The position numbers were made by a program, and so were the translations under genes. Below are positions 26,946 through 39,673 of a stretch of DNA of 64,000 bases, piece by piece; the stretch's first letter is position 1; the number at the start of each line of letters is the position of its first letter. The notes below the pieces were generated by a model. The model did no database searches, had not been told where the DNA came from, and saw only the letters and a program-made list of their open reading frames with translations. Origin of the DNA: Tubiluchus corallicola (taxonomy: Eukaryota > Animalia > Priapulida); the NCBI GenBank assembly GCA_030141605.1, contig JAQGDQ010000352.1, forward strand, positions 184,378 through 248,377, given 5' to 3'.

Positions 26946-28405
26946 TTAAAAGTAAGGTTAGCAAGAACTAGAGCCGTGTGTCTAAAGTCACATTTTATGA
27001 TATGAGCCTCCATGAAGCTGATTTGGAGCGGAGGGGTCTCTCATCTTCGAAGTAAACTGGAGCCAAACAGGCGCTGATGTTACCCATAATTAAATTCTGA
27101 AAAAGTTATTTTTCTTGGCAGTATTTTGCTTTCTCAACATAGTCACAAAACGGCAAGACCCGAGCAAGAATTGAAAAGAATCTTTATTGAAAACTGTAGA
27201 ATTCTGATTGTTGCCCCAACCTTCCTCAAACAACCAAGTTTAGTTTGGTTTGGTTTGGTTTGGTTTAGTTTAGTTTAGCTTAATTTTGCTTAGTTTAGCT
27301 CATTTCCAAAATGCTATAAATAATACATTGTTACAAACATTACAGTCAAGATATTACTACTACAGAACAAAACAAAAATTAAAATTTCACCAGATATTGA
27401 GAGATCGGCTCAGGCCAAGAAAATCAACTTGTACAGGCCTAAACAGAAGAGCAAAATGGAAAGAAGAGTTGTAGAAAGTACGTGTAAAATAAACAAGAGA
27501 AATGAAATACTAGAGTGGGGGTAAGAAATGACAATGTGAAGTGAATGAGATGAAAGTGAAAATGAAAATTATGTTCACATGAAAATACAAAAAGAAGCAG
27601 ATCAATCAGCTGAGTGACTGCAAAAATCAGTATTGAGTCATACCAGGTAAATAAAAATTAAGTACCTTCACCTCAGAGTTCAAGCAGTTCAGTCGGCAGT
27701 TGCTTTTAGTGCTGGTACACAGTTTTATGGTTGTTTGAGGGTGGGTGAAATGATATAACTGAAACGTTACAGTTTTCAATAATATGCTTTCAAAACGGAC
27801 TTGGGTGCCGCTTGCCTTTTTGTTTGCTAACAAGATAAGATTTTCAAAAAGACATTCCATTGTTAGCTGTAATATAGTGTTCGTTGGCATCAAGACCATA
27901 TTACATTAAAACTTGCTAATATAAATACATTAAAGAATGTAAAACCAGAAGTAATGGTTGTTACAAGTCCCCACTAAAACTGACGGCGTTGATACTAAAT
28001 ACTTCAGGATTTATAAAAATATGTTTGATTAAGTTAGGATGTATCGGATTGGCAAATTAAATTGTTTGGAACTTGTAGTGGTATCTGAGGGTCAGCCAGT
28101 GTCATTGGATTTCGCGAATTTTTGTTTGTTTAATCAGATGAAGAAGTTGTCATTTCAGCAATGAGACAGGAGTGGGCCGAGGAGTCGGATCGGAGATGAC
28201 GTTATGTTGTAGTCAGAGTTGGAGTAACATTTTAAATTCCATTCACTTCTGGTTCTTAAAATTCTGTTCTGCTAAAACATAGTGACAATTTAAAACGTAC
28301 ATAAAACAAGACATAAACTCAGTGATGATTGACGTGTGCAGAGTTGTGGAATGTCCAAACATACATATAAATCAAATAACATAAATAGATAAAATGAATA
28401 AATTA

Positions 28406-30037
28406 TCACTCAAAAATTGTGCTAAGTGAATACTGTATATCTGAATACACTTTCTTCACGAATTCGAGGTATTTCAGTAGATGCTTATTGAGAATCGCGT
28501 TCCGATACAGTCTGTCAGAAGCGTTTTTCATCAGTTTATTAGACGGCGCAGCTCTCACTTTGACTGTGTAACTAGTGGCGTCATCTCTCGACAAGTGATG
28601 CAAAGTCGCCAAAGCCGTCACTGATAGATCTCCTAGTTGATCAAAGAGAATGTTGAGTAGCGCTGAGTATTCCTGTTTTAGTTCGCCCGGGGTGTGGTGG
28701 TCAGTACCGGAGTATATCCGATGGTCTTTCCACGCCCGCAACACGTTTGCTGAGTAGTTCTTCAATCCCAAAAAAGTCAACTCGACCGTCTCTTTTGTCT
28801 GCAAAAAACGTTAAACCTTTGTAAAATAAATCTGAGTATAGAGAGCGCCACACGTTCCACACAGGTGCAATTCTAGAGCAGTCTATTTTGTACTAGTGAA
28901 CCTCAGAAACTTAATGACAAGTGTTGACAACCAAATTGCAGTGTCAAACAACCAGCAAAGAAAGGAGGCATAAAAATTTGGTCAGTTGGTTAATCACTTG
29001 GTCCGGCGGCATTTTCTCTGTAATAGTACATGCACATTTAAAGGGATTATTTTAAAAATTTAACAAAAACAAACAAAAAAAATTATAAAACCTGAATAGA
29101 ATAGAAATAAACGGTAATTGCGGAAGTTCCAACTTTTATGTATAGCGTAGCGTTGCTGCTAAAATTAGCTCTGTGCGCCGTAAAGCAGTATTCAGGTGTT
29201 AAAAACGTATGAGGCAACTTTTTAGCTTTATTTTATAACTTATTTTAAATTTATTTCATACATTTAAAAGTACATAGCATTATGTAAAAAATAAAAACAC
29301 TCAGCTATATTAAAAAAAAACTAGCAAAGGCCCCGCAAAAAATTTTGCGTATAAATACACTTATAATCAATAATACGAGAACATCCTACATTGTCCTCAT
29401 TTATAAAGCACAGTAGCAGCTTTTACTGAATTAAAGTTATAAGGTTATAAGCAGAGTATAATGGATGACATCAAAATAGTGGCTTTCCGTCAGCAGTTTT
29501 CCCAAAACTTGCGAAAATTGCCAAAAATGGAACATCTAATTAACTCGTCGCCACTCCTCTTGGTGGATGTGTCCTAAAATATGTGTCCACATCATCGTGT
29601 AGGCCCTTTCTTCCTCTTTCTACAGAACTATATATCTTCTTCCAAGAGTCCCATTGAACGCCGTTAGAATGTTTTTTCTACAGGCCGTTTGGCCAAAATT
29701 TCGAAAAAATTGGGAGTTGGTTCCGGGAAAATGCCCGTAGTGTACATCAGTGGCCCTCTCGCGAAATTTAAATATGACTATTACACCCACCGTTGAATGG
29801 GTTATTCAATCATTACCAGCACCATTCCGGATCTCTAGAAATAAGAGGTATAAGTTTTGTAAAAAATGGACAAAAAATGGCCGTTTTGGAGGTTTTTCGG
29901 CCCCCGTTCCTCCCAGTGGGCCCGATTCGAAAAACAAACCCTCGGGTGCCAACCCATGGGTAGAGACCTTTCATTTGACGTATAGATTATCGAGAATGGT
30001 GCAGTCGTCGGAGCTGTAGCCTCGCCGGTTTTACATA

Positions 30038-30089
<52 letters not shown>

Positions 30090-32864
30090 AGCGAAATTAA
30101 TATATACGATTACGATAGAAGCTAATAAAATATTTACATATATACATACATACGCACCCAGACAGAAAACATAAATACACAAGACAAATTGCTAAAAAAT
30201 ACAATACGTAGAGTCGTAAAAAACAATAAAAGTCACCTTCAAAATGGCAAAAGATGTTGATCTCATACTGCAAGACATGGTTTATAAAGGGTTTTCTTAT
30301 GCACGTAAGAGAACGTAAAACATGAAAAGTAAAAAATATAATTTACTGTCCTTGCTTACCGTGAACAAACTTTCGTCAAAAGTGGCTGGTAAATAAATGC
30401 CATATTCTTCTAATGAGTGCAATGGCAACTTTATACCTGAAAACTAGAGACGCACTCATCTTACATTTTATGTACAAAATTAGTAATAATTTGCCAGAAA
30501 CACTATTTATATATTAGTTGTAGGCATATAAGTTGTAGGTAAATTAATATATGTATATAAAAACGAAAATCTATGTGGTTGTCCGTTTGTTGTTTATGCA
30601 CGCTCACATGTAGCGTAAGCCCATATGTGGTGTTCCATCAGAACCAGCAATGCACCAGGAAGGTCTTAGGTTAATGTCTATTTACGTTCCCACCAGTCCC
30701 ACCTCCCAATATGGCGGGTAAAAAGGTGTGCAAAATGGCACTTTTTAAACATCCTACTACCTATGTTGTCCAATATAACTTTTTAGAAGTTTGAGGAGCT
30801 CCTGCGTTCAAATATCGACGTCTCATTATGTCTGAATAACAATATCCCAATATAACGGCCAAATAAATTCAGCTAGTATATCAATAAATGCTTTTATTAT
30901 TTTGTAATTTGGGGAGGATGTGTGGAAATTTTGCATACCTGTTCTAGTAGAAGTTCCTCTGCGTCCAGAGTGGTCAGTATTGTCCGTGTTGCACCTTGTG
31001 AAATGATGTCACAATATCCCAACATTACTTTGATGTTTATTGATTGTAACTCTGAGCGCTTTCGTATTTCTTCCTCTTCTTCTTCAATGGGTAAGGCATC
31101 TGAACACAACAAAAGTAAAAAATATAATTTACTGTCCCTGCTTACCGTGAACAAACTTTCGTCAAAAGTGGCTGGTAAATAAATGCCATATTCTTCTAAT
31201 CAGTGCAATGGCAACTTTATGGTACAAAAGATAATGTTTCATAACCAAAGTTCAATACGTGGCATACAGTTGTTGAAAATTTACCTACTTCGATCATGAT
31301 AAAACACGTGATAAAATACCAAAAAGGTGAAATAGGCTACTCCTTCCTCACAGTTCAGCGCACCGTAAGCCAGTATCCAGTACTAGCAAAAAATTGGATA
31401 AAACCAGATTTTTTTATAATCGAATAGTAAAAAATTTGGTTATAACCAGATTTTTTTACAATCGGATATAATGGCCCTAATACGCTATCGTACTGCACTT
31501 TGCATTTTCTTTATTTCTTAACAAACAAAGCAAAATGTTTTAACAAAGCAGATGAACTAAAGCCTGAGGCAACTCTTTTAGTCAATTTAAACGAAAATCT
31601 GAAAAGAACTATTGCACTAGTAGTTTTGCTATTTTGACTACCTTACAGGGTCCTCAAGAGCTTCGGATACCAATCCAATGGAAAGTCAGGCATCTTGCAA
31701 AGAAAAAGTCTCTCACGGCTCACGACTGCTAATGAAGGGCTGCAGTTTGTTGAGAAATTACATTGTTAATAGTGAGAAAATGGTGTGGTTCATACAGTGC
31801 TCTGAATTACCGCCGAACTTTAGTTGGAGATCAAAGGACCGCCTCGTGTCAGGCTGGACTCACCTCATTGCACCTCATTTCTAACATTACTGCCGTCGTC
31901 ATAGCAACGTGGTTACACACAAAAAATAAATAAAAAGAATTGTCAAAGGCCTTTTTATAAGAGCTTGCTGAGACTGGAGAAAATTTTTAAAAGAAAGTTC
32001 GAAATCAAAGTTGAATTTTGTGACATCCTGTAGTAGCTGTAGACATACCGGTATCTTGCTTAGTATCAACCCACGAAGTGCTTATCACATTCGAATGTTC
32101 ATACAGCTTCCTCACGGAGCCATTTAGCCAGACAGCATGACAGATAAAATTCTCCAGAGGTTGGTTTTTAGGCGCTTTCCCATCCATTTTATAGCCAGGT
32201 TCGGCACTGCTTAACTACCGCAGCCCTGACTATTAGATAAAGGTCAACGTTTCTTTAATCGAATTTTTTTCTACAGAATGCATTTAAAAAGTAGACCTTT
32301 TTTTGGAAATCAGCTGACTGGTAACACAAGTATTATTGCGACGCACTGCCTAAACTTCTTTGCATGTCAAGTCTAGTGTACCAGGCACTGCAGTACATCA
32401 ATGCCAAACCATCATGTTTTTGTCGAAATATTTGTCCCTGTTCACATATTTGCAGCGTATTGATGACGTTTTAAACTGATTTGAGAGGTTTTTGCGAGTG
32501 TGGCGCTCCCTGGAGAGTCGTAACGCATCTATTAGTAATTTTCCAATTTTTCCCTCACAACTGTCGCAGCGGGAAGTTTAGTACTTTATAGGACTCATAA
32601 AGGCTCATAATGTAAACGACTATTTTACAAATTGCACGACACGTTCCGCAATTTGTCAAGTTGTCACGTGGAGAAACATTTTAGATCATTTGCACTCTAC
32701 AGGATTCTCATAGGATCGGTCAAAAAGTCAGTGCAACGCACCTCGGGTGATATATACGTATAATAATTATATACATTTTAATCGTTTAAACAATAATAAT
32801 CCAGACTGTACTGTGTCATAACAGTTATCTGGTGCTCTTTTTTGGAGCTCTATCTCTGAAGCTC

Positions 32865-32942
<78 letters not shown>

Positions 32943-32962
32943 TGTATGTAAGTATGTAAGTA

Positions 32963-32994
<32 letters not shown>

Positions 32995-33038
32995 TGTAAG
33001 TAAGTAAGTAAGTAAGTAAGTATGTAAGTATGTAAGTA

Positions 33039-33108
<70 letters not shown>

Positions 33109-36100
33109 TAAATAATTAAGTTTATTTTACGTCGATTTTCATTACCTACAAAGAATTTTAGTCCATAAAGAACTGTTCATTCGACTAAAAGTTATAGCAA
33201 CCACAAGTTAAAACAATAAATAAAGGCTTAATTAGTACTTACAGCAATATTAGAATGATAAAAAAATAAAAAACCAATTTACGCATATATTAATAAGACA
33301 TCGTTTCTAAATATTTCTTAACTTTGCGGGAGTTAATAGCAAGTGTTGTCGACTTTCTAACATCATTATTAAGAACATACTAGAGTTTGGATCCTTCATA
33401 TATAAATGAATTTAATCCATTTCTTGTAGTTTTGACTAACAGGATTTTTAATTTCAAATCACCTGTTAAAGAATATATTGTGATTCCCTTCTCAAACATT
33501 TGACATATACTAGCGGGACTGGTGTCATGGACTGACGTATACACTTTTTCGAGCAAGCTGTATTTATACATAATAATTGTACTTAGCACTTTAGCCTTTT
33601 TAACAATGTTATGTAGCTTTAATCATGATATGCAGTTCTCAGTGCTCTCTCTTGTAGGATTGATTGTCTAAAATATTTTTAACAAAATTAGTGTGGTCAC
33701 AGTACGGAATACACTCCACTTCCAGTTGAACGAAGAACCATTATGTACACAATAAACAGCATTTTTTAAAAAAACGGCTAAAACTAGCCAACTGACAAAG
33801 TTTCCAAAATTTAATGTATACATTAATGTGTTTCGACCATTTTTATTTTTGTAAATAGCGATTTTTGAAAAAATTTTGAAGAATAGGACTATTTATTTCA
33901 CATCAACATAAATAAATGCAATAAAATCAAATTCAAAAATTTCAATAACTCAATAGCTAACAAGAAGCAAATTTTGGAGAAAATGCTTAATTAATCAAGA
34001 ATTGATTTTTGTTCAATTTTCGTCAAAAAATTTTGGTTTTGCAAATTCTTTTAATTGTGTTGTGGTAGAATAAAGCTACTGAGTGTAGTATAACAACGCA
34101 CTATCATCGAGGATTTAAAGCACAAGAGAACCCTCCACTTACATAAGCGTAAAAAATTCGTCCTGAAATTTTCTACCACTTAAATACAGCCTTTTTGCAT
34201 GCAGGGCTTGCGTCGGCAGTGACGCTGTATAAAACTTCTGAATTGTGAAAAAAGCTTTTGTCAATATATATATAGCATAATAAACCAAACTCCTTTAGTG
34301 GCGCAAACACTTTATTATTGACTCTCTTTCTGTACACTACGTTGTGACTACTAGATTAAAACTGTAAAAGCTCATATCAGTTGAAACTTGTTAACCTTGG
34401 GCAATGTATATCAGAAACCAGTCAGGTGAGAAAATGATTCACTGTAGTCTAACTTGCTGTAAAGTTGTAATGTTGCTAAAGTTTATAAAGTTCATAAACA
34501 AACTCGTGAATCAGTTCAAGACATGAATTTCAAAGCCGCGATGACCATTTTGACGATGTCATTTAAAGCAAATTTAGGTAACACTGAATGAAGTTGGAAA
34601 AAACAATCAGAGCATGTATCTTGTATTAGACTGTATCTTGTCAATTAGATTAAAAGTACGTCTTTGGTTAGTGAGTGGTGCACCATGTAGGTGAGTCAAC
34701 GACATTTTACCAATAATATGAAAACATTTTAAATAATTATTAATTTTCTTTTCTAGTTACATAAGTCTTTCAAACAGGTAAGCGAAATGCTAAGTAATAT
34801 AACTTTGCAGGGAAAGTTTTTTGTGACGTAGTTTAACATTTGCTTCTCTTCCCCTGATTTATACGTTGTGTGTATATGACATTATGTAATGGCGCGATCG
34901 GAACAGTATTGTAGGAAATTTAAAATGAAAACAAACAAAAAAGCCTTTCAACGCGAGTACGATAAATACATAAAATTGCTATAAAGCAAGTAAAATTGGT
35001 ATAATTTTTAAGGCGACTTTTCTGATACCTACTTCAGGTACCCCTTTTCTTGTCCTTTAAATCAGTTACAAACTTCCTAATAGACTCAAAAACAAACAAA
35101 ATACAAAGCACACACAACAAAGAAACAACTGCTGCGTTATAGACAAGCCAGGATTATCAAGTTAATAATAAACGCACTATAACTTGTTCCACGTCTATAG
35201 GCTTCGTGCCGCAAGATACCGGCACTCGATGTATCTAAAGCACTCAATTCATAGCACCATAGCAATAAAGAAACAAACCAGTTTACATCATTGTCTTCAC
35301 CGCAGATAATAATAGACTGATAAAGATTTGTTGGCAAGAAAACATGGAACTTAATCCTATGAACTGTAGTATCTGGAATTCCTGGAGAAAGTATACGACG
35401 GACGCACAGAGACGAGATGTAGAGGAACTAGAGGCAAAAATGATGAGCAGCTATTCTACATCTAGGAACGTCCAGAATAAACCTATGAGAAGCAACAGAA
35501 AATCGAGTAGTGTGTTCATTTAGGAACCGGTGATCTGAGGTTCTGAAAGCAATAATAACGATTACTGTACCAGAGTAAGTTCTTAATATAGTAAGTAGTA
35601 GTAAGCAAGTTAGTAGTAATGTAGTAAGTACGTTAGTAGTAATGTAGTAAGTAGTAGTAAGTAAGTTAGTATTAATGTAGCAATGTAGCTTAGTTCGAAG
35701 AGTAAGAGAACTACAGTGTTGATCTAATGTTAGACCCAACCAGATTGGCAATCGAATTCTGCAGTCTGTCAAATGAATTAAGATACACCGAAGCACCAGC
35801 CTAAATATCATTTAATCCTTAAACTTTACTGTAGTAGTGTATGGAATAAATAAAGTGCTGGTACTTTAAGCTCTATCCGCGTTGCTATCTGGCATGCGCA
35901 CGAATCTCCGACTATTTCAGTTTGTTCATTTGCCTAGAAAATCTGCGTATAGCCGTAGAAATAGTTCTCTGTTCTCTAATAACACGTATATTTTCAGTGT
36001 TGTGAATTCTGATGTACTATACAAATAAAATATGTTCAAATTGTGGAATGAACTTTTATCTCCAAATTTTCAACTTATATAAGTTTTTGTGGCTATTTTA

Positions 36101-39100
36101 GTGAATTTGTAATTATATTTATAATGTCAGTTTCATCTTAGTTCTTTCTGTAATTACGTAAATATTTGTATATAAGACATTTTGCCTGAAATAAAAAGTA
36201 AAATGTAATAATAATTTCTTTGCAATGAGTTCTTTCGTAATAACCAGATATCTTCCATTCCTTATCTAAACAGACCGTGAAGTGCTTGTTACGCGTTTAA
36301 ATTTCCCGGAAATGACGTAATTTGCTTGAAAATTTACCTGTCGTAAACGTGTTTATCTCATCGTCATCTTCTTCGATGTCATCGGCGTCTCCAAAGTTGA
36401 CAACTGATATCATTCGTGGGTAGTCAACTGGCTGAGGTTCATCAAAACTGTACATCCCTCTGCGATCTCTGAAGACGCCGTCTGATGGTAGGTCAAAAAT
36501 CATGTTGGTGTCCATCCTTTTCTGAAAAATAGAAGCAGAATTGTCTTTATCACTAACTGTTTCTTGATCAATAAAATAAATGATCGTTTTTAGACTCAGT
36601 TCAGTACTTACTACTCACTAAGCAGAAATTTGCTCACTAAATGGAACGCAGTTTTTTTTAATTTATATGTTTTCAAATTGTAAATAGGCTTAAATACGTG
36701 TCACTGTGCTTACCTTTGCAAGCTTTTGCTTGTTTTCATTAGTTTTATCACCTTTGTTGTAATTTTAGCCGGCGATCATAGTTCTTGTGTGAATTAATGT
36801 TTTATGTACCTCATTTTCGAGTTTAAATAAACTACTTACTCATTTACTTGCTTGCTTGCTTACTTACTTACAAAAACGGAGATGGACGTACAGCATAGTA
36901 AGTGAAGTTTTGCCATTCACATGATGGCAATGACGATGACGATGATGATGACGACGATAGTGCTGATGATGATGATGACGACGACAACGACAATGATGAT
37001 GATGGCGATGAAGGCGATGATGAGTATGAGGATGATGATGATGATGATGATAGCGACAATTAAAAAGATGACAATATTGATTTAGATGACGACATTCTTA
37101 TTGATAATGACTATGATGAAGATGATGTTGCTAATGACTATGGTAATAAATGATAACAGTGATAATGCTAATGCTGGCGATATTGATAATTAATGATAAC
37201 TATGATGATGGTGTTGATGATACCTGTTACTGTTGATGACGACGATGATAACAATAGTCCTATGGAACAGACTAAGCCGCAATTTGAAATGTAGTCACTC
37301 CCTTTTAACTTTTAAAAAAACCGTCAGAAAAGAAATATTTCAAAAGTATTGAAGAGTAACACAATTTGATAATGGTAATAACCTGCATTTTTTGCTACAG
37401 TAATCTTAATATAACGTGACTATGTTTAACAGGATACTGAACACTTTGTAACCATGATCACAGTTTTTCTTAGTTTCTCGCTCCATTTCATCTTTCATTC
37501 ACTACTCCCCCCCCCATTTTTTTTTTAAGATTTCCACATACAGTTTGGCCTGTCAAGCTATGCTTTTAGGCTCAAACTGTATGCATCAAAAACTTATTCT
37601 GTAATGAAATTTGCACATGTATATCCCGCATTATGAAATTTCTTAATAATATTGCATTTATTCATATTTATATTTATATTTACTCAAATGGAAAATTATC
37701 TGTATTTTAATGCTAATTGTAATGATGCAATGTGGAAAAAATGAATAAACTCTTAGAAAAGAATAACAATGAACCAGTACTTGATTCTTTCAAATTCTTG
37801 AAGACTTACGAATTCATCAGCAAGAAACGCTGTAATAAATACACCATGGTTTTCAGTATAGTAATAGTAATTTATTCATTTAGCTGGATTGTCAAAAATA
37901 TAACCCAATTTGCTTCACCACATATAGTAGGTAACTGTGGTTACTATGACTATATTATACACGGTTACTCAAATTCTTTGCACTCTTCGTTTATAACGCT
38001 ATGAAATGTTAGTATTTTCTTATAAAGTGGTTGGAATTCAAGTGTTTTGCCCTGGGTTAATGCATGATGCATTTTCCGCTTACTAAAAAGCAGTAAAAAT
38101 TAACAATTCTGGGAATTGACGTTTGCTTACTAATACTAACTTTTATTGAATAATGCAAAATCATGACAAAAATTTATTATCTTTTTTATAACTTAATACA
38201 GGTCAGGAGATCTATTTGTTGTAAATTATCTATTTCAGATGACGAGTGAAAGATTGAGAAAATTTTGGTTTTTTATGCGATAATTATTATGAAAAGGCAG
38301 AGCAATGACCAACTGGACTATAATTAGCAAAAGTGTTGTAATAATCATCAGTTTATAAAATTATAAAAATATGTTGAGTCCCTGATTTGTAATTATAGGC
38401 CTAAGAGACCTCCTGGTATATTTCTTGAAAAAGCCACCGTAGAGGAAAAATTCTTCAAATCGCCCCATGCAGACACTCAATAGTTTGAGGCAAAAGGCAA
38501 AATTGCAGTGAAATTGCACAATAAATATATTTTTTATTGTAACCGTTTCATTCATAAGGCCATTTGTAAGGGTTTGGAAAACGAAGAAAAGTTTTTCGGT
38601 TTTAGTATGGAATAGTTTTGTTTTTGAAAAACATCGTAACTAAATCTTGCTTATTATCACCAGTTTAAGTTAGTTAGTTTACACCCATTAGACTTATTAC
38701 GTCTTCATCAACACAATTTTAACTCTAGGAATAGACGAGATTGAGTTAGTCACTAATTCTACTGAATTACATCTTAAAAAGTATCCATGCAAGAATCTTC
38801 TTATATAAATTATAACTGTTTTTCTATGTTCAAGTTATAAACTTTACAAATTACGGCTATACAGTTATACTTTATAAAAAGTTGTGCCGTTCGCCTCATT
38901 CGCTAAAGGTCTAAAACAATTACTCATTAATTTTTAAAAATAGCCACTCAACAACATGTCGTATTTTTATATTTTTATGCTACTTAATAATTTGAAAATC
39001 TGCCTTTCGGCTATTTTTATTAGTACAGTTGCCTTAGCAGACTAGCGTATATTGGTATTTCTGGTCTATCCTTTTACGAGCTCTATTACTAAAAAGTTTT

Positions 39101-39673
39101 ATAAGGTCTGGAAAGAGTGTCTTTTTGCAATACATTTTTATAGAAAAATTCTAGGTTCAACTATAAGCGCTTAACTATATACATGCTAACTGATATTTAT
39201 AATACAATACTAGTTCCACATCGGTTTAATCAATGATTAATGACCTTGAAATATTATAAGTAGCTAAGTAAAGCGGAAACAAGTTTTGAATTCAGCGCGC
39301 ATGTTCAGAAAGCCTTTATATCAATCAATTAATGAAAAATTGTCAAATTTTTTTCAATCAGGTAAGCAGCCGAAACATTTTGTTTAATTTTTTTAGTTAT
39401 TGTCTCTCACAACGCTGTCGTCGCAACTCATTAGCTCCAAACTCATTATCCTGCTACAATACTGACATATCACACTGCATTAAAGTATAATTTAAAAAAC
39501 ATAGGATTACACTCTCTTAAAGGTACATTCACACATCACCGTTGTCGTACACACAAACTGTAACACGTGTAAACGCAACTACTCACCCTGTTGGTTACCA
39601 TGGCTTGAACGATTCCGCAAACGCACAACAAAGCGCACAGGACATACACTAATCTAAACAATAGGAGACCCAT
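28406..39673 (-). CDS. Secreted precursor, 302 aa, 5 exons; putative long-chain class-I helical cytokine (IL-6/CNTF/Unpaired-like)
   Basis: Exons 39673-39587, 36521-36338, 31099-30939, 30443-30360 and 28798-28406. All are GT-AG with phases 0,1,0,0 and join into one 909-nt stop-free ORF. The N-terminus is a clear signal peptide (MGLLLFRLVYVLCALLCVCGIVQA), followed by basic sites RKR, RDRR and RKR, acidic tracts and an amphipathic-helical C-terminal domain. The gene model is well supported. The cytokine identity is an inference. Confidence 0.72.
29321..30109 (-). mobile_element. Non-autonomous Helitron-like element, copy 1 (in the last intron of the cytokine-like gene)
   Basis: On the minus strand it starts A|TC..., contains (TA)n, and ends with the hairpin CGCAAAATTTTTTGCG ~10 nt before CTAG|T. 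It is homologous over ~700 bp to 56639-57402. Confidence 0.7.
30545..30876 (+). mobile_element. Possible short Helitron-like insertion
   Basis: A TATATAAAA...GTCCGTTTGTTGTT start and a ...CAGCTAG|T end resemble non-autonomous Helitrons. Single copy in this window and no clear hairpin. Confidence 0.3.
31111..31220 (-). repeat. 110-bp duplicate of most of exon 4 plus its donor and intron start (copy of 30325-30434)
   Basis: 108 of 110 bases identical by manual comparison. Confidence 0.92.
32866..33107. repeat. (TAAG)n/(TATG) microsatellite
   Basis: Direct reading. Confidence 0.97.
33108..33660 (-). mobile_element. 3' remnant of a LINE ending at the (CTTA)n tract
   Basis: ORF 33380..33589 'YSL.G...L....VKTT..GLNSFIYEGSKL' resembles an ORF2 C-terminus. 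AATAAA lies just before the microsatellite on the minus strand. Confidence 0.55.
36924..37250. repeat. Degenerate (GAT/GAC)n tract
   Basis: Direct reading. Confidence 0.9.
37256..37754 (+). mobile_element. Recent 5'-truncated LINE 3' end, near-identical to 51970-52477 (inverted)
   Basis: About 490 bp match the reverse complement of the 52-kb copy with only a handful of differences. Ends GAATAAACTCTT. Confidence 0.85.

Noticed and set aside
20219-27900. Shared 'MECLFE' ORF fragments at ~20.3-20.5 kb and ~27.7-27.9 kb
   Set aside because: Short diverged dispersed repeat, likely LINE 3' remnants, and not a host gene.
31640-32560. Possible extra exon of the cytokine-like gene or a transposase remnant
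   Set aside because: Exons 2 and 3 already join in phase, and the ORFs here are short with no recognisable motifs.
35100-35920. Possible solo LTR (TGTAG start, AATAAA, ...TTCA end)
   Set aside because: No matching target-site duplication or second copy was found, so boundaries are unsupported.
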